A stretch of 64,000 nucleotides of DNA from Betaproteobacteria bacterium (GCA_032128415.1 JAQBGW010000004.1:27116-91115); one strand, 5' to 3'. Shown: positions 27,243 to 37,188, counted from the first letter of the stretch. Numbers and translations: made by a program. Notes: generated by a model not told the origin, from the letters alone.

Positions 27243-28208
27243 CTACATCTTGGGAATTTTTGCGGCTTTGGCGACGCGCGCCCATTTCGCGATTTCGTCC
27301 TGGATGAATGCCGCGTATTCTGCCGGCCCCTCGCCGCCAATGTAGTAACCCTGATCGGTCAGCTGCTTGCGTATGGCCGGATCATTGAGCGGCTTTTGCA
27401 GTACCGCATTCAGGCGGTCGATGATGGCCTTGGGCGTGCCCGCGGGCGCGAGGATGCCATTCCAGTTGTAGCTGGAGAAGCCCTTGACGCCCTGCTCGGC
27501 GGCGGTCGGCGTGTTCGGCATCAGCGAAGAACGTTCGCTGGCGGTGACCGCCAGCGCGCGCAGCTTGCCGACGGCCACCAGCGGGGCGGCCGGTGCGATC
27601 TGCACATAGGCAAATTCGACATTGCCCGCCATCAGGTCGACCAGGTACAGCGCCGCGCCCTTGTACGGCACCATGTTCATCTTGACGCCGGCCATGGTCG
27701 AAAACAATTCGGTGCCGAGATGTCCCACGGTGCCTATGCCCGGTGAGGCATAGTTGATGATGCCGGGACTGCGTTTGGCGAGATTGATGAACTCACGCAG
27801 GTTGCGCGCCGGCACCACCGGATGTACACACATGCAACTTGCGGTGCGCACGATCAGGGTGATTGGCGCAAAGGCGCGCGACGGGTTGTAGCCTAGCTTT
27901 TTGCGCACGCTGGGGGCGATGGTCAGCGGCCCGGGATTACCGCCGAGCAGCGTGTAGCCGTCGGCCGGCGCTTTGGCCACGGCTTCGGTGCCGATGGTGC
28001 CGCCGGCACCGCCGCGATTGTCGACCAGCACCTGCTGGCCCAGCGCGGAAGCAATAAAGTTTCCGGCCCAGCGCGAGTGTGTGTCAGTGGGGCCGCCGGC
28101 CGAGAACGGCACGATGAGGCGGATGGGTTTTGTTGGATAGGTTTGAGCGGTCGCTTGCAGGGCTACGAAACCCAGCGTAACGACGGCCAGCGGCATCAGC
28201 TTGTTCAT
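27243..28208 (-). CDS. Bug-family (TctC-like) tripartite tricarboxylate transporter substrate-binding protein
   Basis: ATG at 28208 with GGAGGA RBS. Signal peptide, then YPTKPIRLIVPFSAGGPTD...NRGGAGG signature. Confidence 0.9.
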   Translation of the reverse strand: MNKLMPLAVVTLGFVALQATAQTYPTKPIRLIVPFSAGGPTDTHSRWAGNFIASALGQQVLVDNRGGAGGTIGTEAVAKAPADGYTLLGGNPGPLTIAPSVRKKLGYNPSRAFAPITLIVRTASCMCVHPVVPARNLREFINLAKRSPGIINYASPGIGTVGHLGTELFSTMAGVKMNMVPYKGAALYLVDLMAGNVEFAYVQIAPAAPLVAVGKLRALAVTASERSSLMPNTPTAAEQGVKGFSSYNWNGILAPAGTPKAIIDRLNAVLQKPLNDPAIRKQLTDQGYYIGGEGPAEYAAFIQDEIAKWARVAKAAKIPKM

Positions 28209-28356
28209 GAGGTTCCTCCAGTGTGGGCGCTCATATTGTGAACAGGTGTTGAGCGCTGTGTTCACGATAGTGAGCGGGCCGCGACCTGTCAATCACCAGC
28301 GGAGCATCTGCTAAAATCGCCGCCTGTAGCAACAATCTTGACCAACAAGGAAGACC

Positions 28357-29271
28357 ATGGCCGCAAGAGCAAAGAAGTCCACAACGCGAAAGCCGAATGT
28401 AAAAAAATACACCGATATTCTCTACGCAGTGAAGGATCAGGTGGCGTGGATCACCATCAATCGCGAGAAGGTGCTGAACGCATTCCGCGAGCAGACGCTG
28501 GACGAAATGATTGATGCATTGAAGTCCACGCGCGAAGACCCGTCCATCGTTTGCGCTGTAGTTACCGGCAAGGGCAACAAGTCATTTTCCGCGGGTGGTG
28601 ATTTTTATGCGATGAAGCGGCTTAATTTCACCAACGCCTATATGTGGAACGATCGCATGCTCGGGCTGGCGATGACTATCCGCGGCCTGCCGATCCCGGT
28701 GATCGCCATGGTCAACGGCTGGTGCATGGGCGGTGGACATGAGCTGGCGCTGTGGTGTGATCTGGTGATTGCCTCTGAAAACGCCGTGCTCGGCCAGACC
28801 GGTGCCAAGGTCGGCGCCTGCCCGACTGTGGGCGCCACGCAATATATTCCACGCATTATCGGCGAGCGTCTGGCGCGTGAAATGATTTTCTGCGCGCGGC
28901 GGTTCGGGGCGAAGGAAGCGGTGGAAGTCGGCCTGATCAACAAATGTGTGCCGCAGAAGGATCTGCTGAAGGAAACGCTGAAGTGGTGCGAAACCATGAA
29001 GGGCCACAGTGCGCTGACCATGCGCATGACCAAGAAGTCGCTGAACGCCGAATCCGACAATCTGTATGCTTCATGGCAGCACGGCATGGAGCTGCTGGCC
29101 CATGTCTGGGGTTCGGATGAAGCGAACGAGGGCATGGATGCCTTCCTCGCCGGTCGCAAGCCTAATTTCCAGAAATTCCGCATGAAAGCCAAGCGCGAAC
29201 TCGAAATCTACGTTGACGGTTTCAACAAGGACCTCAACACGCCGCCGTCAATGCGGCGCAAGAAGCGTTAA
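28357..29271 (+). CDS. enoyl-CoA hydratase/isomerase (crotonase) superfamily protein
   Basis: 304 aa. FSAGGD oxyanion segment and NGWCMGGGHELALWCD. MenB-like length with a basic C-terminal tail. Confidence 0.9.
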   Translation: MAARAKKSTTRKPNVKKYTDILYAVKDQVAWITINREKVLNAFREQTLDEMIDALKSTREDPSIVCAVVTGKGNKSFSAGGDFYAMKRLNFTNAYMWNDRMLGLAMTIRGLPIPVIAMVNGWCMGGGHELALWCDLVIASENAVLGQTGAKVGACPTVGATQYIPRIIGERLAREMIFCARRFGAKEAVEVGLINKCVPQKDLLKETLKWCETMKGHSALTMRMTKKSLNAESDNLYASWQHGMELLAHVWGSDEANEGMDAFLAGRKPNFQKFRMKAKRELEIYVDGFNKDLNTPPSMRRKKR

Positions 29272-29282
29272 TCGCAGCGGAC

Positions 29283-30488
29283 GTGATGGCTGAAGAACCC
29301 AAAGGCGCGCTGGCCGGCGTCCGTGTTCTCGATCTGACGCGCATACTGGCCGGACCGCTGTGCACCATGACGCTTGGCGACATGGGTGCGGACGTGATCA
29401 AGGTCGAACCGCCAGGCGCAGGCGACGACACGCGCAACTGGGGACCGCCCTTTGTCGAAGGGGAGTCGGCGTATTACCTCGGCGTTAATCGCAACAAGCG
29501 CTCGATCACGTTGAACATGGCGGTTAAATCCGGGCAGGAAGTGCTGGCCGGGTTGATCCGCAAGGCCGATGTGCTGGTGGAGAATTTCAAGGTCGGCACG
29601 CTGGAGAAATGGGGTTTCGGCAACGACTGGTTGCAGGCCAATGCGCCGCGCACGATACGCTGCTCAATTACCGGCTACGGTTCGACTGGGCCCAAAGCGG
29701 GTTTGCCGGGCTACGATTTCATCCTGCAGGCCGAGTCTGGATTGATGAGCATATGCGGTGAGCCGGACGGCACGCCGATGAAATACGGCGTGGCCATCGT
29801 CGATATCTGCACCGGCATGCTCGCCTGCAATTCGATACTCGCTGCGCTGAATGCACGCCACAGTTCCGGCCGTGGCCAGCATGTCGAAGTATCACTGTTC
29901 GATTCCGGGTTGGCGATGCTGGCCAACGTCGCCGCCAATCACCTGGTGTCGGGCAAGGATGCCGGGCGTTTTGGCAACGGCCACCCCAACATCGTGCCCT
30001 ACACCGCCTATCCAACGCGCGACGACATGATTGCCGTGGCGGTGGGCAATGACACCCAGTTTGGCAAATTTTCTGCAGCGCTGGGTCATGCGGGATGGGT
30101 TGCTGATCCACGATTCACCAAAAATCCGGACCGGGTGATGAATCGCGACGCGCTGGATCAGTTGATCAAGGTAGAGCTAAAACGCGAAGGCGCAGAATTC
30201 TGGATAGAAAAGTTAATGGCGACGGGCATACCCTGCGGCCGCATCAACAGCGTGGCACAGGCACTGGCCGCGCCGCACACGATTGCACGTGAAATGGTGA
30301 CAACGGTTGAGCACCCGACTGCGGGTACCGTCAAAATGCTCGGCATGCCGTATCGTTTCAGCGATACGCCGGCGAGCATCCGTCGTCCGCCGCCACTGCT
30401 GGGTCAGCATACGGAAGCGGTGTTGCGTGATGAGCTGGGTTTCAGCGATACCCGCATCACTGCGTTGCGCACAGAAAAAGTTATTTAA
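29283..30488 (+). CDS. family III (CaiB/BaiF) CoA-transferase
   Basis: 401 aa. LAGVRVLDLTRILAGPLCTMTLGDMGADVIKVEPP. The start is GTG 29283 or ATG 29286. Confidence 0.9.
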   Translation: MMAEEPKGALAGVRVLDLTRILAGPLCTMTLGDMGADVIKVEPPGAGDDTRNWGPPFVEGESAYYLGVNRNKRSITLNMAVKSGQEVLAGLIRKADVLVENFKVGTLEKWGFGNDWLQANAPRTIRCSITGYGSTGPKAGLPGYDFILQAESGLMSICGEPDGTPMKYGVAIVDICTGMLACNSILAALNARHSSGRGQHVEVSLFDSGLAMLANVAANHLVSGKDAGRFGNGHPNIVPYTAYPTRDDMIAVAVGNDTQFGKFSAALGHAGWVADPRFTKNPDRVMNRDALDQLIKVELKREGAEFWIEKLMATGIPCGRINSVAQALAAPHTIAREMVTTVEHPTAGTVKMLGMPYRFSDTPASIRRPPPLLGQHTEAVLRDELGFSDTRITALRTEKVI

Positions 30489-30515
30489 AAACAACAGGTT
30501 ACGTATAACCCCCCC

Positions 30516-30941
30516 ATGATCACTGGTCTCAGTCATGTATCCATCGTCGTGCCGGATCTGGCTGCGGCCATTACGCGGTTGCAGCAGATGTACGGACTGG
30601 TTGCCGGCGAGATCAAGGTCAACGACGAGCAGGGCGTGCGCATGACGTATGTCGATCTTGGCAACGCAAAAATCGAATTGATGGAACCATCTCGCGCGGA
30701 TTCGCCGATTGCGAAATTCCTGGAACGCAATCCCAGGGGCGGCATCCATCATTTCTGCATGAGTGTTGATGATGTGGCGGCAACGACGCACGAATTGACT
30801 GCCGCCGGTGCGCAGGTGCTGGGCAGCGGTGCAGCACAACTCAACGTGCATGGCGAGCGGATTGCATTCGTACACCCCAAGGATTTTCTTGGCGCATTGA
30901 TTGAGTTGGAAGAAAATAAGTTGGGGGAACACGGTGGTTGA
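30516..30941 (+). CDS. methylmalonyl-CoA epimerase-like VOC protein
   Basis: 141 aa. HVSIVVPDL...IELMEP...SPIAKFLERNPRGGIHHFCMSVDD pattern of Mce. Confidence 0.8.
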   Translation: MITGLSHVSIVVPDLAAAITRLQQMYGLVAGEIKVNDEQGVRMTYVDLGNAKIELMEPSRADSPIAKFLERNPRGGIHHFCMSVDDVAATTHELTAAGAQVLGSGAAQLNVHGERIAFVHPKDFLGALIELEENKLGEHGG

Positions 30942-31995
30942 ACAGAAACAACAACGAATTCCGGGCGAGAAACTGCGTGCATTTATTACGGCAGCATTCG
31001 AGGCGGTACAAATTTCACCGGTTGACGCGCGCACGATTGCCGAGCTGATGACGCAAGCCGACCTCAACGGTTCCGAGGGCCACGGCGTTTTCCGTCTGCC
31101 GCAGTACATCCGCCGTATCAAGGGCGGTGCGGTCAATGTCAAACCAAACATTCGCGTTGAGCGCGAGATGGCCGGCATGGCGCTGATCCACGGCGACAAC
31201 GGCATGGGCCATCTGGTGATGAAGTTTGCTGCTGAAAAAGCGATCGAGAAGGCAAAGACCGCGGGCGTGGCCTGGGTCGGTGCGCGCTGGAGCAACCATG
31301 CCGGGCCGGCAGCGCTGTACGCGGCAATGCCGCTGGCGCACGACATGATCGGACTCTATATGGCGGTGGGTAGCGCCAATCATCTGCCGCCGTGGGGCGG
31401 GCTCGATATGTTGCTATCGACTAATCCAATTGCAGTGGCGGTACCTGCCGGTGCTGAGCAGGCGATCGTCCTTGACATGGCGACTACGGTAGCAGCCTAC
31501 GGCAAAGTCAAAACCAAAGCGCAGCGCGGCGAGATGATGCCCGAGGGCTGGATGATGGATCGGCAGGGTAATCCGCTGACCGATCCAAAACGCGCGAACG
31601 AAGGTTTTTTGCTGCCGATCGGCGGCTACAAGGGTTATGGTCTGGCGCTGGTGCTGGGCCTGCTCGCCGGCAATCTCAACGGCGCGGCGATGGGCAAGGA
31701 CGTCATCGATTTCAACAATGACGACACCAGCGAGACCAACACCGGGCATGCCATCATCGCCATCAACATCGAGGCCTTCCAGCCGCTGGCGGAATTCAAG
31801 CAGGGCATGGATGCGCTGATCCGCGACGTTCGCAATTCACAACGCCTGCCCGGCGTCGATCACATTCGTCTGCCCGGTGAGGGCACGCATACCACGCGTG
31901 CTCACAATGAAAAGAACGGGGTGCCGATGCCGCAAGCGCTGCTGGCGGCGCTGGATCAGTTGGCGAACGAGCTCAAGATTTCTCCGCTGAACTGA
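30934..31995 (+). CDS. Ldh_2 family (malate/L-lactate/sulfolactate dehydrogenase-type) oxidoreductase
   Basis: GSEGHGVFRLPQYIRRIKGG signature. Start uncertain: GTG 30934 (GGGGGA 6 nt upstream, overlaps the mce stop) or TTG 30901. Confidence 0.85.
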   Translation: MVEQKQQRIPGEKLRAFITAAFEAVQISPVDARTIAELMTQADLNGSEGHGVFRLPQYIRRIKGGAVNVKPNIRVEREMAGMALIHGDNGMGHLVMKFAAEKAIEKAKTAGVAWVGARWSNHAGPAALYAAMPLAHDMIGLYMAVGSANHLPPWGGLDMLLSTNPIAVAVPAGAEQAIVLDMATTVAAYGKVKTKAQRGEMMPEGWMMDRQGNPLTDPKRANEGFLLPIGGYKGYGLALVLGLLAGNLNGAAMGKDVIDFNNDDTSETNTGHAIIAINIEAFQPLAEFKQGMDALIRDVRNSQRLPGVDHIRLPGEGTHTTRAHNEKNGVPMPQALLAALDQLANELKISPLN

Positions 31996-32041
31996 GGCGG
32001 TTTCGTCCACGGTTATGTAGCTTCGCACTGCTCCGACCGGA

Positions 32042-32941
32042 TCAACGGAGTGCCTTGTCGGAACGGAGCCTTTCGACAGTCAGATCCACGAACGCTCGCA
32101 CCTTGGCAGAGGCTTGTCGGCCTTCGCGATGCAGCACATGGATCGGCAGGGGGGGTGGCTCGAACTCACCCAGAACGATTTTAAGCGTGCCTGCGGCAAG
32201 ATGGGGTGCGATCTGGTACGAGAGCAATTGTGTCACACCGAATCCGGCGAGCGCTGCTTCAACCGCCGCGCGATTGCTGGTAACAGTCAACCGGGGTTGA
32301 ATCCGGACCGCGGTCGATTTTCCCTCATCTGAAAACTTCCATTCCGCACGCGGCGATACCGCGCTGGCCGAGATGATGGCATGACGTGTGAGATCTGCCG
32401 GTCGTCGCGGGACACCGTGCGCTTTCAGGTAGGCAGGCGCTGCACAAGCGACACGCCGGACTTGACCCGTGCGTATCGCCCGCATCGACGAATCCGGCAG
32501 CTCACCGATGCGGACGCCGACATCGAGGCCTTCGTCGATCAGATTAACCACGCGATCGACGAATAGCGCCGACACCGTCATATCAGGATAGTGCCGGAGA
32601 TAGTCGACTATGCCCTGCATTACGTACATGTATCCGAACAGCACGGGCGCTGTGACTGCAAGGTTGCCGCGGGGTGCGGCGTTTATGCCGGCGGCAGCTT
32701 CGTCGGCCTCGGCAACTTCCGCGAGGATGCGGCGGGCATCTTCCAGATATCGCCCGCCGGCCTCGGTGACCCGCACCTGGCGGGTAGTTCGCGTCAGCAA
32801 CTTCACGCCCAGATCGTCTTCGAGGGTCAAGATCGAGCGGGTTACCGCGGGCGGGGAGATACCCAGTCGGCGCGCGGCGCGAGAAAAACTTTCCTCTTCT
32901 GCAACAGCAACATACACCGACATCAGATGAAAACGATCCAT
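32042..32941 (-). CDS. LysR-family transcriptional regulator
   Basis: 299 aa. N-terminal wHTH (FSRAARRLGISPPAVTRSILTLEDDLGVKLLTRTTR) and LysR substrate domain. Confidence 0.9.
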   Translation of the reverse strand: MDRFHLMSVYVAVAEEESFSRAARRLGISPPAVTRSILTLEDDLGVKLLTRTTRQVRVTEAGGRYLEDARRILAEVAEADEAAAGINAAPRGNLAVTAPVLFGYMYVMQGIVDYLRHYPDMTVSALFVDRVVNLIDEGLDVGVRIGELPDSSMRAIRTGQVRRVACAAPAYLKAHGVPRRPADLTRHAIISASAVSPRAEWKFSDEGKSTAVRIQPRLTVTSNRAAVEAALAGFGVTQLLSYQIAPHLAAGTLKIVLGEFEPPPLPIHVLHREGRQASAKVRAFVDLTVERLRSDKALR

Positions 32942-33096
32942 GGGCGATTTTCCGGCCGCTGCGTTGTTATTCCTAATAATGGAATAATAAATTGCAATAA
33001 ATGGATATTCTTCTATTTTATGGAACCTGTCAAAGTTCTCCCCGTTCGCAGCGCAGGATGCGCGGCGGCAACCAACCCGACGAAAAGGAGTTTCAC

Positions 33097-33642
33097 ATGA
33101 GCCGCATCACTGTTATCGATCATCACAACGCCAACGCCGAACAGAAAGCCCTGCTCGACGCTATCCAGTCGCAATTGGGCATGGTGCCCAATTTTCTAAA
33201 AATCTTCGCCAACTCCCCCGTTGCTCTGAGAGCGTTTCTGGGGCTGCATAGCGTTGCCAACGAAGGTTCACTGTCGGCGCAGACCCGCGAACGTATCGCG
33301 CTGGCCCTGGCGCAGCAGAATTCTTGCGCCTATTGCCTGTCAGCGCATACCGCCATCGGCCGCAAGTCTGGATTGACGGGCGACGAGATTGCAGCCAACC
33401 GTGCCGGAACCAGCGAGGACGCCAAAGCCGCGGTAGCGGTGAAGCTGGCACGCAGCCTGTCCGAACACAAAGGCGAAATCACTACCGCCGAGTTGATCGA
33501 GGCGCGCGAGGCGGGCTATTCGGAAGCGGATATTGTGGAGATCATCACCCATGTTGGCATGAATATCCTCACTAACATTCTTGGCAAAGCGAGCCGGGTG
33601 GAAATCGACTTTCCGAAAGTAGAGCTCAAGCTGGCGGCGTAA
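33097..33642 (+). CDS. carboxymuconolactone decarboxylase (AhpD-like) family protein
   Basis: ATG at 33097 with AAGGAG upstream. CAYC (CxxC) motif in QQNSCAYCLSAHT. Confidence 0.85.
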   Translation: MSRITVIDHHNANAEQKALLDAIQSQLGMVPNFLKIFANSPVALRAFLGLHSVANEGSLSAQTRERIALALAQQNSCAYCLSAHTAIGRKSGLTGDEIAANRAGTSEDAKAAVAVKLARSLSEHKGEITTAELIEAREAGYSEADIVEIITHVGMNILTNILGKASRVEIDFPKVELKLAA

Positions 33643-33709
33643 ACGCAGGTCCGATGCCATCGCCGGCGGCACGCTACGCCGCCGGCATCCAACAAACAGG
33701 AGTAGTCCC

Positions 33710-35293
33710 ATGCCCCATGCATTTGCCGAAATTGCCTTCACTCCAACCGTCCAGGTCGCGCAGGCCCGCAACGGCAGCCGTGAAGCCAATCGTAATCTGG
33801 AGCTGGCTTCAGATGTGGGCAGCGCGTTGACGGCGCGCGAAGCGGAGTTCATCGTTGCACGTGACAGCTTCTACCAGGCGACAGTCAGTGAAACCGGCTG
33901 GCCGTACGTGCAGCATCGCGGCGGTCCGGTGGGATTCCTCAAGGTGCTGGATGCGCACACCATCGGCTTCGCTGATTTTCGCGGCAATAGGCAGTATGTG
34001 AGCGTAGGTAATCTGGCTGCCAACGATCGCATTTCGCTGATTCTGATGGATTACGCGAACCGGCAGCGCCTGAAGATCCTCGGGCGGGTGCGCTTCGTTG
34101 AGGAACTCGATGACTCGAAACTCATTGCCTGGCTGGAAGTGCCGGAATACCGGGCAAGGGTGGAGCGCGGGTTCGTGATCCAGGTTGAAGCGTACGACTG
34201 GAATTGCCCGCAACACATTACGCCCCGTTACGCGGAAGCAGAGCTCAGCCATTTGCTGGAGCCGCTCGTTGAAGAGAATCGCCAATTGAAGACGCAGCTT
34301 GCGGCCGCCGGCAGCGCACTACCCGCAGTTCTCGGCACCGGGCCCTTGCAGTTGATCATCGCCGGCGTGAGGCAATTGACGCCCCGGGTGCGTGCTTACG
34401 AGTTGCGAGACGCCGAGGGGCGGGACTTGCCCCCGTTCGAGCCCGGCGCACACCTGCGGGTACCCGTGAGACTGGTCGACGGGCGCGAAGAAACGCGGCA
34501 ATACTCGATTGCATCTGATCCCGCCCGCCGTGATGTGTACGAGATTGCTGTCCTGCGCGAGGATACTGGATCAGGAGGAAGTAGCGCAGTGCATGCACTG
34601 TTCCAGACTGGGCAGAAGCTGCTCTGCGGATATCCTGAAAACCAGTTCCGGCTGGACGACGGCCCCGGGCCGGTGATCCTGATAGCCGGTGGGATCGGCA
34701 TTACACCGCTCAAGGCCATGGCTCATGCACTGGCAGCGCAGGGCCGGTCGTTTGATCTGCATTACGCGGCCCGCAGCCGGAGCGACATGGCGTATGGCGA
34801 CAGCCTGGCACGCGCGCTGCCGGGGCGCGTGACGGCGTACTACTCCGATTCCGGCGAGCGCCTGGATTCGGATCATGTCGTGCGTTCCGCGTCCAGCGAT
34901 GCATTGATTTATGTGTGCGGTCCTGATCGGCTGCTTACGGCGGTCAAGGCGGCAGCGAACAAGGCGGGATTTGGTGCTGCACAGGTGCGCTCCGAGCGTT
35001 TTTCGGTGGCGACAAGTGCGGAAGACCGCCCGGTAGAGGTTGAACTGCGCCGCTCTGGGAAAACCATAATTATTCCAGGAAACCAGACTATCCTCGACGG
35101 CGTTCGGGCCGCTGGCGTAGCCGCGCTCTATGAATGCCGTACTGGCACGTGTGGGACCTGTGCAATCAAGGTGATTGATGGCGTGCCCGAGCATCGCGAT
35201 GAGGTATTGACGGATGTAGAGCGCAATCGTGGACGGAAAATGTGCATCTGCGTTTCCCGCGCCAAATCTGTCCGGCTGGTACTTGATATGTGA
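33710..35293 (+). CDS. three-domain fusion: PNPOx-like flavin-binding domain / FNR-like FAD-NAD(P) reductase / plant-type [2Fe-2S] ferredoxin
   Basis: 527 aa. N-terminal pyridoxamine-5'-phosphate-oxidase-like split barrel (SFYQATVSETGWPYVQHRGGP), central RQYSIAS + GGIGITP motifs, and a C-terminal CRTGTCGTC...C cluster. Confidence 0.8.
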   Translation: MPHAFAEIAFTPTVQVAQARNGSREANRNLELASDVGSALTAREAEFIVARDSFYQATVSETGWPYVQHRGGPVGFLKVLDAHTIGFADFRGNRQYVSVGNLAANDRISLILMDYANRQRLKILGRVRFVEELDDSKLIAWLEVPEYRARVERGFVIQVEAYDWNCPQHITPRYAEAELSHLLEPLVEENRQLKTQLAAAGSALPAVLGTGPLQLIIAGVRQLTPRVRAYELRDAEGRDLPPFEPGAHLRVPVRLVDGREETRQYSIASDPARRDVYEIAVLREDTGSGGSSAVHALFQTGQKLLCGYPENQFRLDDGPGPVILIAGGIGITPLKAMAHALAAQGRSFDLHYAARSRSDMAYGDSLARALPGRVTAYYSDSGERLDSDHVVRSASSDALIYVCGPDRLLTAVKAAANKAGFGAAQVRSERFSVATSAEDRPVEVELRRSGKTIIIPGNQTILDGVRAAGVAALYECRTGTCGTCAIKVIDGVPEHRDEVLTDVERNRGRKMCICVSRAKSVRLVLDM

Positions 35294-35323
35294 GACTGCG
35301 TATCGGTGGTGACCCGTCCGGTT

Positions 35324-36331
35324 TTATGCGGCAGGCTCGTCCACCACGCCATTACTCATTACGCCGATGCCCTCGATTTCGGATTCGATGATGTCGCCGG
35401 CGTTCAGAAACCAGTCGGGATTGGTCAGCGCACCGCCGCCTGGTGAACCGGTGGCGATGACGTCGCCGGGCATCAGGGTGATCTGCGAGAAGTGGGCGAC
35501 CAGTTGCGGGATGTTGAACAGCATGTCACGGGTATTGCCGTCCTGCCGTGTTTCACCGTTGACGCGAGTCTGGATGCGCAGATGCATCGGATCCGGAATC
35601 GCGTCGCGCGTAATCATCCACGGGCCGAGCGGCGCGAAGGTGTCGAAGGTTTTCGCCAGAAACATATGGCCGCCCTGACGTTCGAGCGTGCCAAGATCGC
35701 GCGCGGTTATGTCATTGACGATGGTGTAGCCGGCAATGACGTCATAAGCGTTTTCCTCCGGCACATCCTTGCAGCGTTTGCCGATGACTACTGCCAGTTC
35801 GGTTTCGCAATCCAGTTCCTGCGTGATGCGCGGCTTGATGATGTCGCGGCCGTGGCCGGTGATGGCTGACAACGTTTTGATGAATCCCGTGGGTATTTTT
35901 CCCGGCGCCTTGCCGGGATTGCTGGTATAGCCCGGATAGTTGCGGCCCACCGCGATCAGCTTGGACGGGCGCACCGGCGCATAGACCCGGCAATCTGCCA
36001 GCGGCAGGAAAATTTCTTCACCATGCAGTCCTGCTGCGTCCGGCGTCGCCTGCCGCAGATCGAGCAGATGGGTGTATGCATCGGCCAATGCAATCCACGC
36101 CTGTTCACCCATGTGCAGGAATTCGGTGATGTACGGTGGAATGTATATCCCTGCCAGTTCGCCGCCCTTGGGATTGCCGGCACGGTGCATCAGATGCAGC
36201 GCGTATCCGGCGCGCAGATCGGCTACACAGTCCGGGGTAATCAGTACACCGAGGCGCGCCAGCGAGCGCGGTTCATTTTTTCGGCTGTAACGCAACAGTT
36301 TCAATGCAATTACTCCCATGAATAAGCGCAC
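35324..36331 (-). CDS. fumarylacetoacetate hydrolase (FAH) family protein
   Basis: 335 aa. ETELAVVIGK and FAH-fold C-terminal domain. The start may be the downstream ATG at 36319. Confidence 0.85.
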   Translation of the reverse strand: MRLFMGVIALKLLRYSRKNEPRSLARLGVLITPDCVADLRAGYALHLMHRAGNPKGGELAGIYIPPYITEFLHMGEQAWIALADAYTHLLDLRQATPDAAGLHGEEIFLPLADCRVYAPVRPSKLIAVGRNYPGYTSNPGKAPGKIPTGFIKTLSAITGHGRDIIKPRITQELDCETELAVVIGKRCKDVPEENAYDVIAGYTIVNDITARDLGTLERQGGHMFLAKTFDTFAPLGPWMITRDAIPDPMHLRIQTRVNGETRQDGNTRDMLFNIPQLVAHFSQITLMPGDVIATGSPGGGALTNPDWFLNAGDIIESEIEGIGVMSNGVVDEPAA

Positions 36332-36588
36332 TGATCATAACAAACACCGGTTGCATAAATCGGCACCAATTGCCTCGCAGATACGAATCAACTCGGAAGT
36401 TGCCGATAAACTGCATTCCCTGTATTTGTGCCGCTGGCTGCGATGCCTCAGAATTGCTTAAATCATTGTTTATTTTGTTATATTCGTGATATTCCGCACG
36501 TCGGTGTGCGGTCGTGTGGAACAGTTCATGGTGATTTGGGGACTAAGTCGGTATCGTGCCCAGAGCACTCAAAACAGGGATCAAAACA

Positions 36589-37188
36589 ATGAAAGTGGTA
36601 ATTACCAGACTGCTGTTTGCGGCATGGGCATTGAGCGCAGTGTCGGCGTGGGGACAGACCGCGCCGGATTCGCTGGTACGCAGCACGGTGGAGGAAGTGC
36701 TTGTGCTGATGAAGCAGATTACCGACAAACGCGCGCTGCAGGATATCGTCGAAAAAAAGGTGCTGCCGAATTTCGACTTTCGCGCCATGACCCAGTTGGC
36801 GATGGGTAAGGCATGGCGTGATGCCACGCCAGTGCAGCAGCAGACGCTGGAGAACGCGTTTCGTACGCTGCTGGTGCGCACTTATACAACGGCGCTCTCC
36901 GATACGGCCGACGTTGATCGAACTGTCGAGGTGAAACCCGTAGCGTTGAAACCGGGGGATGATTACGTAACTGTGCGCACGCTGGTCAAGGAGTCCGGAC
37001 GCCCACCGCTCAGCATCGATTACCGCATGACGCTGACCAATCAGGCATGGAAGGTGACCGATATCGTTGCGGAGAATATCAGTCTGGTCATTAATTATCG
37101 CAGCACGTTCAGCACCGAAATCAGCCGTTCGGGTATCGATGGCCTGATCAAAGTGCTTGAAGTCAAAAACAAGGGTGAGCAATCCTGA
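36589..37188 (+). CDS. MlaC/Ttg2D-family phospholipid-binding periplasmic protein
   Basis: ATG at 36589. Signal peptide. VLPNFDFRAMTQLAMGKAWRDATPVQQQTLENAFRTLLVRTYTTAL is the MlaC signature. Confidence 0.8.
   Translation: MKVVITRLLFAAWALSAVSAWGQTAPDSLVRSTVEEVLVLMKQITDKRALQDIVEKKVLPNFDFRAMTQLAMGKAWRDATPVQQQTLENAFRTLLVRTYTTALSDTADVDRTVEVKPVALKPGDDYVTVRTLVKESGRPPLSIDYRMTLTNQAWKVTDIVAENISLVINYRSTFSTEISRSGIDGLIKVLEVKNKGEQS

Noticed and set aside
36375-36392. cGGCACcaattGCCt, a sigma54-like string upstream of the MlaC-like gene.
   Set aside because: It lacks the TGG and TTGC cores and the GC is at the wrong distance. I treat it as chance.
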